The notes beneath the pieces are model-generated. The model was not told the origin of the DNA. It did not search any database and saw only the letters and a program-made list of their open reading frames with translations. Of a stretch of 64,000 nt of DNA, positions 11,807-21,893 are shown one piece after another. The DNA is from an uncultured beta proteobacterium. Its GTDB lineage: Bacteria; Pseudomonadota; Gammaproteobacteria; Burkholderiales; SG8-39. Position numbers and translations under genes: made by a program. The stretch covers positions 89,640 to 153,639 of the forward strand of contig CAWHBT010000008.1 of assembly GCA_963827595.1 (NCBI GenBank), written 5' to 3'. Position 1 is the stretch's first letter, and every line of letters begins with the position of its first letter.

Positions 11807-13123
11807 TCAGTGCCGCCCCAGCTCCTCGAGCCGGAGGCGAGTGACCTTGTCGGCGACGACCGGCAGCGCCTCGATCGCGGTGATCGCGGCGTTGAGGTTC
11901 CGCTCCTGCGTCTCGTGCGTGAGCATGATGATGTCCACCTGCTCCTCCCCCTCGCCCGGCTCGCGCTGGATCATCGCGTCGATCGAGATCGTACGGTCGG
12001 CAAGGATGCGGGTGATGTCGGCGAGCACGCCCGGGCGGTCGAGCACGCGCATCCGCAGGTAGTAGGAGGTGATCACCTCCTCCATGGGCAGGATGCGGGT
12101 GTCGGCGAGACGGTCGGGCTGGAATGCGAGGTGGGGTACGTGGTGCTGGGGGTCGGCGGTGTGCAGGCGCGTGATGTCCACGAGATCGGCCACCACCGCG
12201 CTCGCCGTCGGCTCGGCGCCCGCGCCGGCGCCGTAGTACAGCGTCGCCCCGACCGCGTCCCCCTTGACCAGGATCGCGTTCATCACGCCCTCGACGTTGG
12301 CGATCAGGCGGCGCGCCGGGACGAGGGTCGGATGGACCCGCAGCTCGATTCCCTCCGGCGTGCGCTTGGTGATGCCGAGCAGCTTGATCCGGTAGCCGAG
12401 GCTCTCGGCGTAGCGGATGTCCTCGCGTGTCAGCCTGGAGATCCCCTCGGTATGCACGCGCTCGAACTGCATCGGGATGCCGAACGCGATGGCCGCGAGG
12501 ATCGTGAGCTTGTGCGCGGCGTCGATCCCCTCGATGTCGAAGGTCGGGTCGGCCTCCGCGTAGCCGCGCGCCTGCGCGTCGCGCAGGACCTGCTCGAACG
12601 GCAGGCCCTTGTCCCGCATCTCCGACAGGATGAAGTTCGACGTGCCGTTGATGATCCCGGCGATCCACTCGATCCGGTTCGCGGTCAGCCCCTCCCGCAG
12701 GGCCTTGATGATCGGCACGCCGCCGGCGACCGCCCCCTCGAACGCGACCGTTACGCCCTGTCGTTGCGCCGCCGCGAAGATCTCGTTGCCGTGCACCGCG
12801 AGCATCGCCTTGTTGGCCGTCACGACGTGCTTGCCGTTGGCGATCGCCTTGAGCACGAGCTCCTTCGCGACGGTGTAGCCCCCGATCAGCTCGACCACAA
12901 TGTCGATGTCCGGATCGCCGATGACCTGGTTCCCGTCGGCCACCACTCTGGCCCGGCCCTGGGTGAGGCGCTGCGCCTTTTCGAGATCCTTGTCGGCGAC
13001 CATTGTGATCCGGATCTCGCGGCCGGCGCGGCGCTGGATCTCCTCGCGGTTGCGCGCGAGGACGCCCCAGGTGCCCCCGCCCACGGTGCCGATGCCGAGC
13101 AGCCCGACGTTGATCGGTTTCAT
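11807..13123 (-). CDS. hom: Homoserine dehydrogenase
   Basis: Start at [17 protein letters not shown] (NAD fold). Central homoserine dehydrogenase domain and C-terminal ACT-like region. 438 aa. Confidence 0.93.
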   Translation of the reverse strand: MKPINVGLLGIGTVGGGTWGVLARNREEIQRRAGREIRITMVADKDLEKAQRLTQGRARVVADGNQVIGDPDIDIVVELIGGYTVAKELVLKAIANGKHVVTANKAMLAVHGNEIFAAAQRQGVTVAFEGAVAGGVPIIKALREGLTANRIEWIAGIINGTSNFILSEMRDKGLPFEQVLRDAQARGYAEADPTFDIEGIDAAHKLTILAAIAFGIPMQFERVHTEGISRLTREDIRYAESLGYRIKLLGITKRTPEGIELRVHPTLVPARRLIANVEGVMNAILVKGDAVGATLYYGAGAGAEPTASAVVADLVDITRLHTADPQHHVPHLAFQPDRLADTRILPMEEVITSYYLRMRVLDRPGVLADITRILADRTISIDAMIQREPGEGEEQVDIIMLTHETQERNLNAAITAIEALPVVADKVTRLRLEELGRH

Positions 13124-13566
13124 CCGAGCGGCTTGGTGAAGCTGAACGAGGTGATCACCATGCCCTCGCGGAAGTAGAACTTGTGCGCCTGCTGGCGATG
13201 GGTTCCGGACTCGAGCCGCAGGTTCTCGCAACCCGCGTCGCGGGCGACCCGTTCGAGGTGCGTCAGCAGCGCGTGCCCGACCCCGCGCGAGCGGTCACGT
13301 TCGTCGGTGACCAGGTCGTCCACGTACATGTTCACCCCGGCGAAGGTGTTTTCGCTGATGCGGTACACGGCTATGCCGACCACGCGCTCGCCGTCGGCCG
13401 CGACGCACATCCGCCCGCCGCCGGCGAAGACCCGCGCGAGCTTGCCGGCGTAATCGGCCGGCAGCGCCGTTCGGAGCGTCCGGTGGACGCGCTCGGCGCG
13501 GGCGAGCCACTGCGGCTCGACGACCGCCCCCGACGGGTCGGTGATCGTGACGACCCGCCAGCTCAT
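13120..13566 (-). CDS. GNAT family N-acetyltransferase
   Basis: 148 aa. Acetyl-CoA pocket motif [18 protein letters not shown] overlaps at both ends, with the aminotransferase stop and with the hom start. Confidence 0.8.
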   Translation of the reverse strand: MSWRVVTITDPSGAVVEPQWLARAERVHRTLRTALPADYAGKLARVFAGGGRMCVAADGERVVGIAVYRISENTFAGVNMYVDDLVTDERDRSRGVGHALLTHLERVARDAGCENLRLESGTHRQQAHKFYFREGMVITSFSFTKPLG

Positions 13567-14765
13567 GCCGCCCGGGTGGCCTGCAGCAGGCCGTCCTTCC
13601 GGAGCATCTCCTTGATCCCGCGAATCGCCTGCCGGGTCCGATTCTCGTTCTCGATGAGCGCGAACCGGACGTGGGTGTCCCCGTACTCGCCGAACCCGAT
13701 CCCGGGCGATACCGCCACCTTCGCATCGGCAAGCAGCTTCTTCGCGAACTCGAGCGAGCCGCGCGCCCGGTAGGCCGCGGGGATCTCCGCCCAGACGTAC
13801 ATCGTTGCCCGGGGCATATCGACCATCCAGCCGGCCTCGTGCAGCCCCTTGACCAGCACGTCGCGGCGTTTCTGGTAGCGCAGCTGGGTCTCCGCGACGC
13901 AGTCCTGCGGCCCCTCGAGCGCGACGATCGACGCCACCTGGATCGGCGTGAAGGTGCCGTAGTCGTGGTAGCTCTTGATCCGCGCGAGCGCCTTCACCAT
14001 GTCGCGGTTCCCGACCATGAACCCGACCCGCCAGCCGGCCATGTTGTAGCTCTTCGACATCGTGAAGAACTCGACGGCAACGTCGCGCGCTCCGGGAACC
14101 TGCAGGATCGACGGCGCCTGATATCCGTCGAAGACGATGTCGGCGTAGGCGAGGTCGTGGGCGACGAGGACGTCGTGCTGCCGCGCGATCGCCACGATGC
14201 GCTCGAAGAACGGCAGCTCGACGCACTGCGTCGTCGGGTTCGACGGGAAGTTGATGATCAGCAGCTTCGGCTTCGGAAACGACTCCTTGATCGCCCGTTC
14301 GAGCTCCTCGAAGAAGTCGACGTCGGGCGTCATCCGCACGTGCCGGATGTCGGCGCCCGCGATCACCGGACCGTAGATGTGGATCGGATAGCTCGGGTTC
14401 GGCACCAGGACGATGTCGCCGCGGTCGAGCGTGGCGAGCGCGAGGTGCGCGATGCCTTCCTTCGACCCGATCGTCACGATCGCCTCGGCGTCCGGGTCGA
14501 GCTCGACGCCGTACCGGCGGCGGTACCAGTGGCAGATCGCGAGCCGCAGCCGCGGGATGCCGCGCGACACCGAGTAGCGGTGGGTGTCCGGTCGCTGCAC
14601 CGTCTCGATGAGCTTGTCGACGATGTGCCGGGGCGTCGCCGCGTCGGGATTGCCCATGCTAAGGTCGATGACGTCCTCGCCGAGCCGGCGCGCCGCCATT
14701 TTCAGCTCGGCGGTGATATTGAACACGTACGGCGGCAGGCGCCGGATGCGGGGGAAGTCCTTCAT
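13563..14765 (-). CDS. Class I/II PLP-dependent aminotransferase (AlaC-like)
   Basis: 400 aa. PLP-lysine motif [12 protein letters not shown] and [10 protein letters not shown]. Sits upstream of hom-thrC, as is common in betaproteobacteria. Confidence 0.88.
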   Translation of the reverse strand: MKDFPRIRRLPPYVFNITAELKMAARRLGEDVIDLSMGNPDAATPRHIVDKLIETVQRPDTHRYSVSRGIPRLRLAICHWYRRRYGVELDPDAEAIVTIGSKEGIAHLALATLDRGDIVLVPNPSYPIHIYGPVIAGADIRHVRMTPDVDFFEELERAIKESFPKPKLLIINFPSNPTTQCVELPFFERIVAIARQHDVLVAHDLAYADIVFDGYQAPSILQVPGARDVAVEFFTMSKSYNMAGWRVGFMVGNRDMVKALARIKSYHDYGTFTPIQVASIVALEGPQDCVAETQLRYQKRRDVLVKGLHEAGWMVDMPRATMYVWAEIPAAYRARGSLEFAKKLLADAKVAVSPGIGFGEYGDTHVRFALIENENRTRQAIRGIKEMLRKDGLLQATRAA

Positions 14766-14869
14766 GACCGAGCTCTCGATATAAGCGGGCGCGCGCGCTG
14801 CTGGACTCGCGCCGCAGCAAACTGGTATGTTAACGGCTCTAACCCCTTACCGCAATTGCATTTTCCCTC

Positions 14870-15241
14870 TTGAAACTGCACCTCGATGGCGCCCCCGGGC
14901 GCAACCACTTCACCGGGTACGGCGCCGGCTACGTGGTCGTGAACGGCACGCGCTACGAGCGGAGCGTCGTGGTCCTCCCGACCCGCATCGTCACCGACTG
15001 GCCGGCGACGACCTTCGACGCCCTCGAGCCGCGCCATCTCGATGCGCTCGCCGCGCTCGGCGCCGAGGTCGTGCTGCTCGGCACGGGCGCGAACCTGCGC
15101 TTCCCGCGTACCGAACTCACGCGCGCACTCATCGAAGCGCGCGTCGGACTGGAGATCATGGACGTGCCGGCCGCGTGCCGGACCTACAACATTCTCATGG
15201 CCGAGGAGCGCAAGGTGGCGGCGGCGCTGCTCCTCGGCTAG
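14870..15241 (+). CDS. Mth938/DUF498 domain protein
   Basis: TTG start. The 123-aa MKLHLDG...FTGYG...VVLLGTG pattern is typical of the Mth938-like (NDUFAF3-related) family. Confidence 0.7.
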   Translation: MKLHLDGAPGRNHFTGYGAGYVVVNGTRYERSVVVLPTRIVTDWPATTFDALEPRHLDALAALGAEVVLLGTGANLRFPRTELTRALIEARVGLEIMDVPAACRTYNILMAEERKVAAALLLG

Positions 15242-15262
15242 TCACCCCGGCTTGAGCGCGCG

Positions 15263-16075
15263 GTGCGACTCGGCCTGAGGATCGTCGTCGCGACGGCGCG
15301 GGGCGCACGGCGCAGCGCGCCGAAGCTCGTCGCGCTGCTGCGGCGGCACGGAGCGTCCGGGACCTTCTACTTCAACCTCGGCCCGCAGCGGCTCCACCGT
15401 TGGCTCCCGGGCCGGAGCGTCGCGGCGCGTGCGGCGTTCGCGATGCTCGCCGTGCGCGACGCCGGCTTCGAGGTAGGCATCCACGGCTGGGATTGCGTCC
15501 GCTGGCGCGATCGCGTCGCGCGCGGCGACTTCGGGTGGACCGAAGAGGCCCTCCGCCGCGCGTGCGCGGCGTTCGAGCGGCTGTTCGGCGAGCCGCCGCG
15601 CACCCACGCCGCGCCGGGATGGCAGATGAACCGCCACGCCTTCCGGCTCACCCAGCGACTCGGCTTCGACTATGCGAGCGACACGCGCGGGAGCGCGCCA
15701 TTCGTCCCGATCGTCGAGGCCGAGCTCGTCGCGTGTCCACAGGTGCCCACCACGCTGCCGACGCTGCGGGAGTTGGTCGGCCACGACGGCACGCGCCGCC
15801 GCAACGTCCACGAGCGGATCATCGCCGCGACCGGGACGCCGGCGCGCGCGAGCCATGTGTTCACGCTGTTCGCCGAGCGCGACGCGGGACGCTACCTGTC
15901 CGCCTGCGACCGGCTGCTCGAGGGCTGGCGCGCGCTCGGGTGGGAGATCGTTCCCCTCCATGCGCTGGCGCAGAATCTCGAGCCGAAAGCGCTCGCGCAC
16001 CACGTCATCGCCGCGGAGCCCGTCCCGGACGGCCGCGGCACGGTCGCGGCGCAGGGCCGCGTGTTTCTCGCCTGA
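15263..16075 (+). CDS. Polysaccharide deacetylase (NodB fold, ArnD-like)
   Basis: GTG start, 270 aa. GTFYFNLGP, GIHGWDCVRW and HAAPGW resemble 4-deoxy-4-formamido-L-arabinose deformylase-type deacetylases. Confidence 0.7.
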   Translation: MRLGLRIVVATARGARRSAPKLVALLRRHGASGTFYFNLGPQRLHRWLPGRSVAARAAFAMLAVRDAGFEVGIHGWDCVRWRDRVARGDFGWTEEALRRACAAFERLFGEPPRTHAAPGWQMNRHAFRLTQRLGFDYASDTRGSAPFVPIVEAELVACPQVPTTLPTLRELVGHDGTRRRNVHERIIAATGTPARASHVFTLFAERDAGRYLSACDRLLEGWRALGWEIVPLHALAQNLEPKALAHHVIAAEPVPDGRGTVAAQGRVFLA

Positions 16076-16123
16076 CGCGCGGTTGCGCCGGCGACGGTTT
16101 CCCGCAACAATCCGCAAACTACG

Positions 16124-16576
16124 ATGGCGAACCAGGCGGTCACGAACTTCACGCTGCCAGCAACCGGCGGCACGTTCGAGCTCTCGAAGTCCGACGCACG
16201 GTCTCTCGTCCTCTACTTCTACCCCAAGGACAACACCCCCGGCTGCACCACCGAGACCCTGCAGTTCCGCGACCTGCACCGCGAGTTCGAGAAGGCCGGC
16301 GCCCGCATCTACGGGATCTCGCGGGACAGCCTGAAATCGCACGCGAACTTCAAGGCCAAGCTCAAGCTGCCCTTCGAGCTGCTCGCCGACGAGGACGAGA
16401 CCGTCTGCCAGCAGTTCGGCGTCATCAAGATGAAGAACATGTACGGCCGGCAGGTCCGCGGCATCGAGCGTTCGACCTTCGTGCTCGACGCCGGGCGCAA
16501 GGTCTGCCGCGAGTGGCGGGGCGTCAAGGTCCCGGGTCACGCCAAGGAGGTACTGGACTTTGTCAAGACACTCTGA
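16124..16576 (+). CDS. bcp: Thiol peroxidase Bcp/PrxQ
   Basis: 150 aa; peroxidatic-cysteine motif FYPKDNTPGCTTE. Confidence 0.92.
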   Translation: MANQAVTNFTLPATGGTFELSKSDARSLVLYFYPKDNTPGCTTETLQFRDLHREFEKAGARIYGISRDSLKSHANFKAKLKLPFELLADEDETVCQQFGVIKMKNMYGRQVRGIERSTFVLDAGRKVCREWRGVKVPGHAKEVLDFVKTL

Positions 16577-18035
16577 GCCCGCTCTCCGCCACGACCCCCC
16601 ACCGCCCGCCCAGCGCGCGCCCGCGAAGAAGCCGCGCGCTAAGGCGCCCTCCCTCCGGACCCGGCTCTTCGTCCTCGACACGAACGTGCTGATGCACGAC
16701 CCCGCGAGCCTGTTCCGGTTCGAGGAGCACGACGTGTTCCTGCCGATGCAGACGCTAGAGGAGCTCGACGACAACAAGCGGGGAATCTCGGAGGTCGCCC
16801 GGAACGCCCGCCAGGCGAGCCGCTTCCTCGACGAGATCGTCAGCCGGGGCACCGGCCGCATCGACGCCGGGATCTCGCTCGCGCGCCACGCCGCCGACAC
16901 CGCGACCGGCCGGCTCTTCCTGCAGACCGAGGCGTTGAACGGCACTCTCCCCGCGAGCCTGGCGACCCACAAGGCAGACAACCGGCTCCTGGGCGTCGTG
17001 GTCGCGCTGGTCGAGCGGCACCCGGACCGCGAGGTGATCCTGGTCTCCAAGGACATCAACATGCGCATCAAGGCGCATGCCCTGGGGCTCGCGGCCGAGG
17101 ACTACTTCAACGACAAGGTGCTCGAGGACACCGATGTCCTTTACACCGGCGTGCGCGAGCTCCCGCCCGACTTCTGGGACCTGCACGGCAAGGACATGGA
17201 GTCGTGGAAGAAGGAGGGGCGCACCTACTACCGCGTCCGGGGACCGCTCTGCCCGGAGCTGCTCCTGAACGAGTTCGTGTACCAGGAGGGCGACCGGCCG
17301 CTGCACGCCAGCGTGAAAGAGGTGTCGGGAAAGACCGCGGTGCTCGAAACGGTGCGGGACTACACCCACGCGAAGAACGCCGCGTGGGGGATCACGGCGC
17401 GCAACCGCGAGCAGAACTTCGCCCTCAACCTGCTGATGAACCCGGACATCGACTTCGTCACCCTGCTCGGCCAGGCCGGCACCGGGAAGACCCTGCTGAC
17501 CCTCGCCGCCGGCCTCATGCAGACCCTCGAAGTGAAGCACTACAGCGAGATCATCATGACGCGGGTCACGGTGCCGCTCGGCGAGGACATCGGCTTCCTG
17601 CCGGGCACCGAGGAGGAGAAGATGGGCCCGTGGATGGGCGCGCTCGAGGACAACCTCGACGTCCTCAACAACACCGACGAGGAGGCCGGCGAGTGGGGTC
17701 GCGCCGCCACCCGCGACCTCATCCGCTCGCGCATCAAGATCAAGTCGCTCAACTTCATGCGCGGCCGCACGTTCATCAACAAGTACCTGATCCTCGACGA
17801 GGCGCAGAACCTCACGCCGAAGCAGATGAAGACGCTCATCACCCGCGCCGGTCCCGGCACGAAGGTCGTCTGCCTCGGCAACATCGCGCAGATCGACACG
17901 CCGTACCTCACCGAAGGCAGCTCGGGCCTGACCTACGTCGTCGACCGGTTCAAGGGCTGGTCGCACTCCGGCCACGTGACGCTCCAGCGCGGGGAGCGCT
18001 CGCGGCTTGCCGACTACGCCGGCGACGCCCTCTGA
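16560..18035 (+). CDS. PIN-domain plus PhoH-like ATPase (YlaK family)
   Basis: PIN start FVLDTNVLMHDP...LEELD; Walker A GQAGTGKTLL; Walker B YLILDEAQN. TTG start at 16560 overlaps the bcp end; the start is uncertain because the N-terminus is low-complexity. Confidence 0.85.
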   Translation: MSRHSEPALRHDPPPPAQRAPAKKPRAKAPSLRTRLFVLDTNVLMHDPASLFRFEEHDVFLPMQTLEELDDNKRGISEVARNARQASRFLDEIVSRGTGRIDAGISLARHAADTATGRLFLQTEALNGTLPASLATHKADNRLLGVVVALVERHPDREVILVSKDINMRIKAHALGLAAEDYFNDKVLEDTDVLYTGVRELPPDFWDLHGKDMESWKKEGRTYYRVRGPLCPELLLNEFVYQEGDRPLHASVKEVSGKTAVLETVRDYTHAKNAAWGITARNREQNFALNLLMNPDIDFVTLLGQAGTGKTLLTLAAGLMQTLEVKHYSEIIMTRVTVPLGEDIGFLPGTEEEKMGPWMGALEDNLDVLNNTDEEAGEWGRAATRDLIRSRIKIKSLNFMRGRTFINKYLILDEAQNLTPKQMKTLITRAGPGTKVVCLGNIAQIDTPYLTEGSSGLTYVVDRFKGWSHSGHVTLQRGERSRLADYAGDAL

Positions 18036-18156
18036 CCGGGTCGCCGGCGCCTCCTCCCCGTTCCCGCCCCCGCGCGCCCTGGGTGCGGGGAATGCCGCAT
18101 GTTGTGTCGATGCGACATAAGTCACCTCGCTAGAAAATCTCTTTCCCAGCCGGGGG

Positions 18157-18186
18157 TTGACTAGCGTCTTCCAGAACTTGTATAAA
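18157..18186 (+). promoter_or_regulatory. Sigma70-type promoter candidate for the outer-membrane protein gene
   Basis: TTGACT (18157-18162), 18-nt spacer, TATAAA (18181-18186). Lies in an AT-richer gap about 55 nt upstream of ATG 18240. Confidence 0.55.
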
Positions 18187-18239
18187 GAGAGCCCCCTAAT
18201 CGTCTGTTTTGAAAAAAAGCCAATCTAGGGAGCAACGAA

Positions 18240-18878
18240 ATGGGCTTGCTTCGGACCGCACTCCCCTTCATCGGGACCGCCATCGCTCTTGCGGCTGCGG
18301 GTAGCGCCTTCGCGCAGCAGCGCGCCCAGGGCATACCCACCGCGCCGGTCTGGTACATCGGCGCCGGCGTCGGCATCTCGTACTACGACATGAACAAGCA
18401 GGACCTCAACATGGTCCCCAGCGTCACGACGCAGGGGTTCGACTCGACCGGGTTCGGCTGGAAGCTGTTCGGCGGCTACCGCTTCAACCCGTACTTCGGC
18501 ATCGAAGGCAGCTACGCCGACCTGGGCAACAGCTCCGGCGGCCTGACCTACGCCGTGCACTCGTACAACGTGTCCGGCGTCGGACGGATCCCGTTCGAGA
18601 GTGGCCTCTACCTGCAGGGGAAGGTTGGCGCCGCTTTCACGCGCACCCAGAGCACCCCGTTCGGCCAGCCCGTCGGCAACACCAATTACAAGACCAACGT
18701 CCTGCTCGGCGGCGGCCTCGGCTACGACTTCCCGAACGGCTTCGGCCTGCTCGCCGAGGCGGAGTGGTACGGGCGCACCGGCAACGCGACCGGCGTCGAC
18801 CCGGCCACCGGCTTCGTCGTCGGCACCGGACGCGCGGACACCTACCTCTTCAGCGTCAACTCGATGTTCCGGTTCTGA
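18240..18878 (+). CDS. Outer-membrane beta-barrel protein (OmpA-like/porin family)
   Basis: Signal peptide MGLLRTALPFIGTAIALAAAGSAFA, alternating aromatic/glycine beta-strand pattern and terminal F (SVNSMFRF). Confidence 0.8.
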   Translation: MGLLRTALPFIGTAIALAAAGSAFAQQRAQGIPTAPVWYIGAGVGISYYDMNKQDLNMVPSVTTQGFDSTGFGWKLFGGYRFNPYFGIEGSYADLGNSSGGLTYAVHSYNVSGVGRIPFESGLYLQGKVGAAFTRTQSTPFGQPVGNTNYKTNVLLGGGLGYDFPNGFGLLAEAEWYGRTGNATGVDPATGFVVGTGRADTYLFSVNSMFRF

Positions 18879-18909
18879 ATCGACCCCGGGATCCGGGGAC
18901 TCTCCTCCA

Positions 18910-18938
18910 GCCCGGCCTAGCGCCGGGCTTTTTCTTTT
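18910..18938 (+). terminator. Rho-independent terminator
   Basis: GCCCGGC-ctagc-GCCGGGC stem-loop followed by TTTTTCTTTT, 32 nt after the OMP stop. Confidence 0.8.
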
Positions 18939-18986
18939 GTGCGCTGCGCTCGCGGAATCGACGCAGGCGACCCCGCGCGCCGCCCG

Positions 18987-20396
18987 CTAGAAGGTGCTCA
19001 GCTCGGCGTAGTTCTCGAACCGCGTGATGTGGCCGAGGAACGTGACGGGGAAGGTGTCGATCGGGCCATTGCGCTGCTTGCCGATGATGATCTCGGCCTT
19101 GCCTTTATTCTCGTTGCTGTCGCGGTTGTAGACCTCGTCGCGATAGATGAAGAGGATGAGATCGGCGTCCTGCTCGAGCGCCCCGGACTCGCGCAGGTCC
19201 GACATGATCGGCCGCTTGTCGGGGCGCTGGTCGACGCTGCGGTTGAGCTGCGAGAGCGCAACGACCGGCACCGCGAGTTCCTTGGCAAGCGCCTTCAGGC
19301 TGCGCGAGATCTCGGAGAGCTCGGTCGCGCGGTTCTCCTCCCGCCGGCCGTCGGTTACCATCAGCTGCAGGTAGTCCACGATCACCAGGCCCAGCCGGCC
19401 GTCGTTCTGGCGGGCGAGCCGCCGCGCGCGGGAGCGGAGCTCGAGCGGGTTCAGCGCCGCGGTCTCGTCGATGTGGATCGGCGCGTCGTGGAGCTTCCCG
19501 AGCCCGTCGGCGAGCTTGCTCCAGTCCTCGTCGGTGAGCCGCCCGGTGCGCAGCTTGTGCTGGTCGATGCGCGCCATCGACCCGAGCATGCGGGCCGCGA
19601 TCTGCGTTCCCGGACATCTCCATGCTGAAGATGGCGACCGGCTTCTTGTCCTTGACCGCGACATGCTCGCCGATGTTGAGCGCCAGCGCCGTCTTCCCCA
19701 TGCTCGGACGGCCGGCGATGATGATCAGGTCGCCTTCCTGGAATCCGGACGTCAGCTCGTCCAGCCGCGTGAAGCCCGTCGACACGCCAGTGACATCGCT
19801 CGGGTTGCTCGCGGCTGTACAGGAAGTCGACCCGCTCCATCACCTGCGACAGCAGCTGGTGGACGTCGCGGAAGCCGACACGCCCGCGGACGCCCGCTTC
19901 GGCGATCTGGAACACCCGCGATTCGGCCTCGTCGAGCAGCTGCCCCACGTCCTTGCCGAGCGGGTTCAGCGCGCTGTCGGAGATCTCGGCGCCGATCGGC
20001 CGCGAGCTTCCGCATCACCGCCCGCTCGTGGACGATCTCGGCGTAGCGCCGGATGTTGTGCGCCGAGGGCGTGTTCTGGGCGAGCGTGCCGAGGTACGCG
20101 AGCCCGCCGGTCTTGTCCTTGTCCTCGCTCGACTCGATCGACTCCGCGACCGTCACGACGTCGGCCGGCTTCGCCCGTTCGATCAGCCGCGCGATGTGAC
20201 GGTAGATGCGCCGATGGTCGTCGCGATAGAAATCCTCGACCGACAGCAGGTCGCCGATGCGATCCCAGGCGGCGTTGTCGAGGAGCAGGCCGCCGAGCAC
20301 CGACTGCTCCGCCTCGATCGAGTGCGGCGGAACCCTCAGGTTGACGAGCTGGGCGTCGGCGGGAGCAGCGGGAGCTTGAGTGAGGGGTTGCGCCAT
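18987..20396 (-). pseudogene. dnaB: Replicative DNA helicase DnaB, split over four frames as assembled
   Basis: Four consecutive segments read as DnaB. (1) MAQPL...PPHSIEAEQSVLGGLLLDN...AEIVHERAVMRKLA. (2) GAEISDSALNPLGKDVGQLLDEAESRVFQIAE...[11 protein letters not shown]. (3) [38 protein letters not shown]...AIFSMEMSG. (4) [22 protein letters not shown]...IIGKQRNGP...ELSTF. Shifts lie near 19990-20003, 19797-19806 and 19604-19613. Confidence 0.9.
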
Positions 20397-20425
20397 GCTG
20401 GCACGCGTGCGAACGCGTGCCGATT

Positions 20426-20878
20426 CTACGCTTGCTCGCCGAGCACTGAAACGGTGATCTGCACGACGACGTCGCCGTGCAGCGCGATCGCGATCGGATA
20501 GTCGCCAACCGCCTTGAGCGGGCCCTGCGGCAGGCGGATGGCGGACCGCTCGACCTCGTGCCCGACGCCCTGCAGCGCCTCGGCGATGTCGTAGGTCGTG
20601 ACGGAGCCGAAGAGGCGGCCGTCGACGCCGGCCTTGCGGGTGATCTGGACCGCGACCCCGTCGACCTTCCCGCCGCGCGCCTGCGCCGCGGCGAGCGCAT
20701 CGGCCTGCGCCTTCTCGAGCTCGCCGCGCCGGCGCTCGAACTCGGCCAGGTTCTCGGGCGTCGCGCGCTTCGCCTTTCCGTGCGGGATCAGGTAGTTGCG
20801 GGCGAACCCGTCCTTGACCTTCACGACGTCGCCCAGGCCGCCGAGGTTCACGACCTTCTCCAACAGAATGACCTGCAT
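20426..20878 (-). CDS. rplI: 50S ribosomal protein L9
   Basis: [33 protein letters not shown]-terminus; 150 aa. Confidence 0.95.
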   Translation of the reverse strand: MQVILLEKVVNLGGLGDVVKVKDGFARNYLIPHGKAKRATPENLAEFERRRGELEKAQADALAAAQARGGKVDGVAVQITRKAGVDGRLFGSVTTYDIAEALQGVGHEVERSAIRLPQGPLKAVGDYPIAIALHGDVVVQITVSVLGEQA

Positions 20879-20890
20879 GGCGGCCGCCGC

Positions 20891-21196
20891 TCAGTGCAGA
20901 TCGGTGTACGGGAGCAGCGCGAGGTAGCGCGCCCGCTTGATCGCGTCGGAGAGCTGCCGCTGATAGCCGGTCTTGGTGCCGGTGATTCGCGCCGGGATGA
21001 TCTTGCCGTTCTCGTTGATGAAGTCCTTGAGCAGATCGACGTCCTTGTAGTCGATCCACACCACCTTCTCGGCGGTGAAGCGGCAGAACTTGCGCCGCTT
21101 GAAGAGCTGCCGCGAACCGCCGCGACCGTCCTTGCGGTCCTTGCGGCCGTCCTTGCCTTTGCGACCGCCGCTACGACCTCTGCTGGGTGGGGGCAT
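20891..21196 (-). CDS. rpsR: 30S ribosomal protein S18
   Basis: Core [13 protein letters not shown]...YKD...LKDFI...[11 protein letters not shown]...[20 protein letters not shown]. Basic N-terminal extension. Start overlaps the priB end by 26 nt. Confidence 0.9.
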   Translation of the reverse strand: MPPPSRGRSGGRKGKDGRKDRKDGRGGSRQLFKRRKFCRFTAEKVVWIDYKDVDLLKDFINENGKIIPARITGTKTGYQRQLSDAIKRARYLALLPYTDLH

Positions 21197-21506
21197 GCGC
21201 CACTCCTTCCATGAATTTCATTTCCGTCACGTGCAGCACCAGTTGGCGGCCCGACCGCGCCTTGGGTGCGAGGAACCCGGCGAGCTCGAGCCCGATCCCG
21301 AGCGGCGCCGCCGCAATCACCTTTGCCTGCTCTTCAACCGCGACGCACCCGAGCTCGAGCGCCACTTCGCGCTCGGCACCCGCCTCGACCTGGCGCGACG
21401 CGTGCCCGACCGTGAAGCGCACGATGGGGACGCCGCCAGGGGTGTAGCGCAGCACGTCACGGGCGGCGAGCTGGCAGGCAAGGGTGAGCCGGTTGCCGCG
21501 TCCCAA
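21171..21506 (-). CDS. priB: Primosomal replication protein N (PriB)
   Basis: 111-aa OB-fold protein between rpsF and rpsR; [27 protein letters not shown] pattern. Confidence 0.85.
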   Translation of the reverse strand: MGRGNRLTLACQLAARDVLRYTPGGVPIVRFTVGHASRQVEAGAEREVALELGCVAVEEQAKVIAAAPLGIGLELAGFLAPKARSGRQLVLHVTEMKFMEGVAHAPTQQRS

Positions 21507-21515
21507 GCGCGGGTC

Positions 21516-21893
21516 TCACGCCGGCGCTTCCGCGGGCTTGGGGGTCTCCGGCGGATGCAGGACCGACTTCGACTTCTCGTCCTTCATCTGCGGCGACGGC
21601 GTGGTGACCGGCCCGTCCATCTTGAGGACCAGGTGCCGCAGCACCGCGTCGTTGAACTTGAACGCGTGATTCAGCTCGCCGAGCGTCTCGCCGTCGCATT
21701 CGATGTTCATCAGCACGTAGTGCGCCTTGTGAACCTTCGCGATGGGATAGGCAAGCTGCCGGCGGCCCCAGTCCTCGAGGCGGTGGAGCTTGCCCTGCCG
21801 CCCGGTGACGGTGTTGCGGTAGCGCTCGATCATCGCCGGGACCTGTTCGCTCTGGTCCGGATGGACGATGAAGACGATTTCATAGTGCCGCAT
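21516..21893 (-). CDS. rpsF: 30S ribosomal protein S6
   Basis: [26 protein letters not shown]-terminus; 125 aa. Confidence 0.95.
   Translation of the reverse strand: MRHYEIVFIVHPDQSEQVPAMIERYRNTVTGRQGKLHRLEDWGRRQLAYPIAKVHKAHYVLMNIECDGETLGELNHAFKFNDAVLRHLVLKMDGPVTTPSPQMKDEKSKSVLHPPETPKPAEAPA

Noticed and set aside
18068-18090. Hairpin CCCCGC-N11-GCGGGG after the PhoH-like gene as a terminator
   Set aside because: The loop is long, and only a weak, interrupted T-rich tail (TGTTGTGT) follows after an 8-nt gap. This is too weak to call without 3'-end data.
18987-20396. Programmed ribosomal frameshifting as an explanation for the split dnaB, hisZ and thioredoxin genes
   Set aside because: No slippery heptamer or downstream stimulatory structure is present at the break points. 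There are several breaks per gene at unrelated sequence contexts, and no precedent is known for these families. Consensus indels are far more parsimonious.
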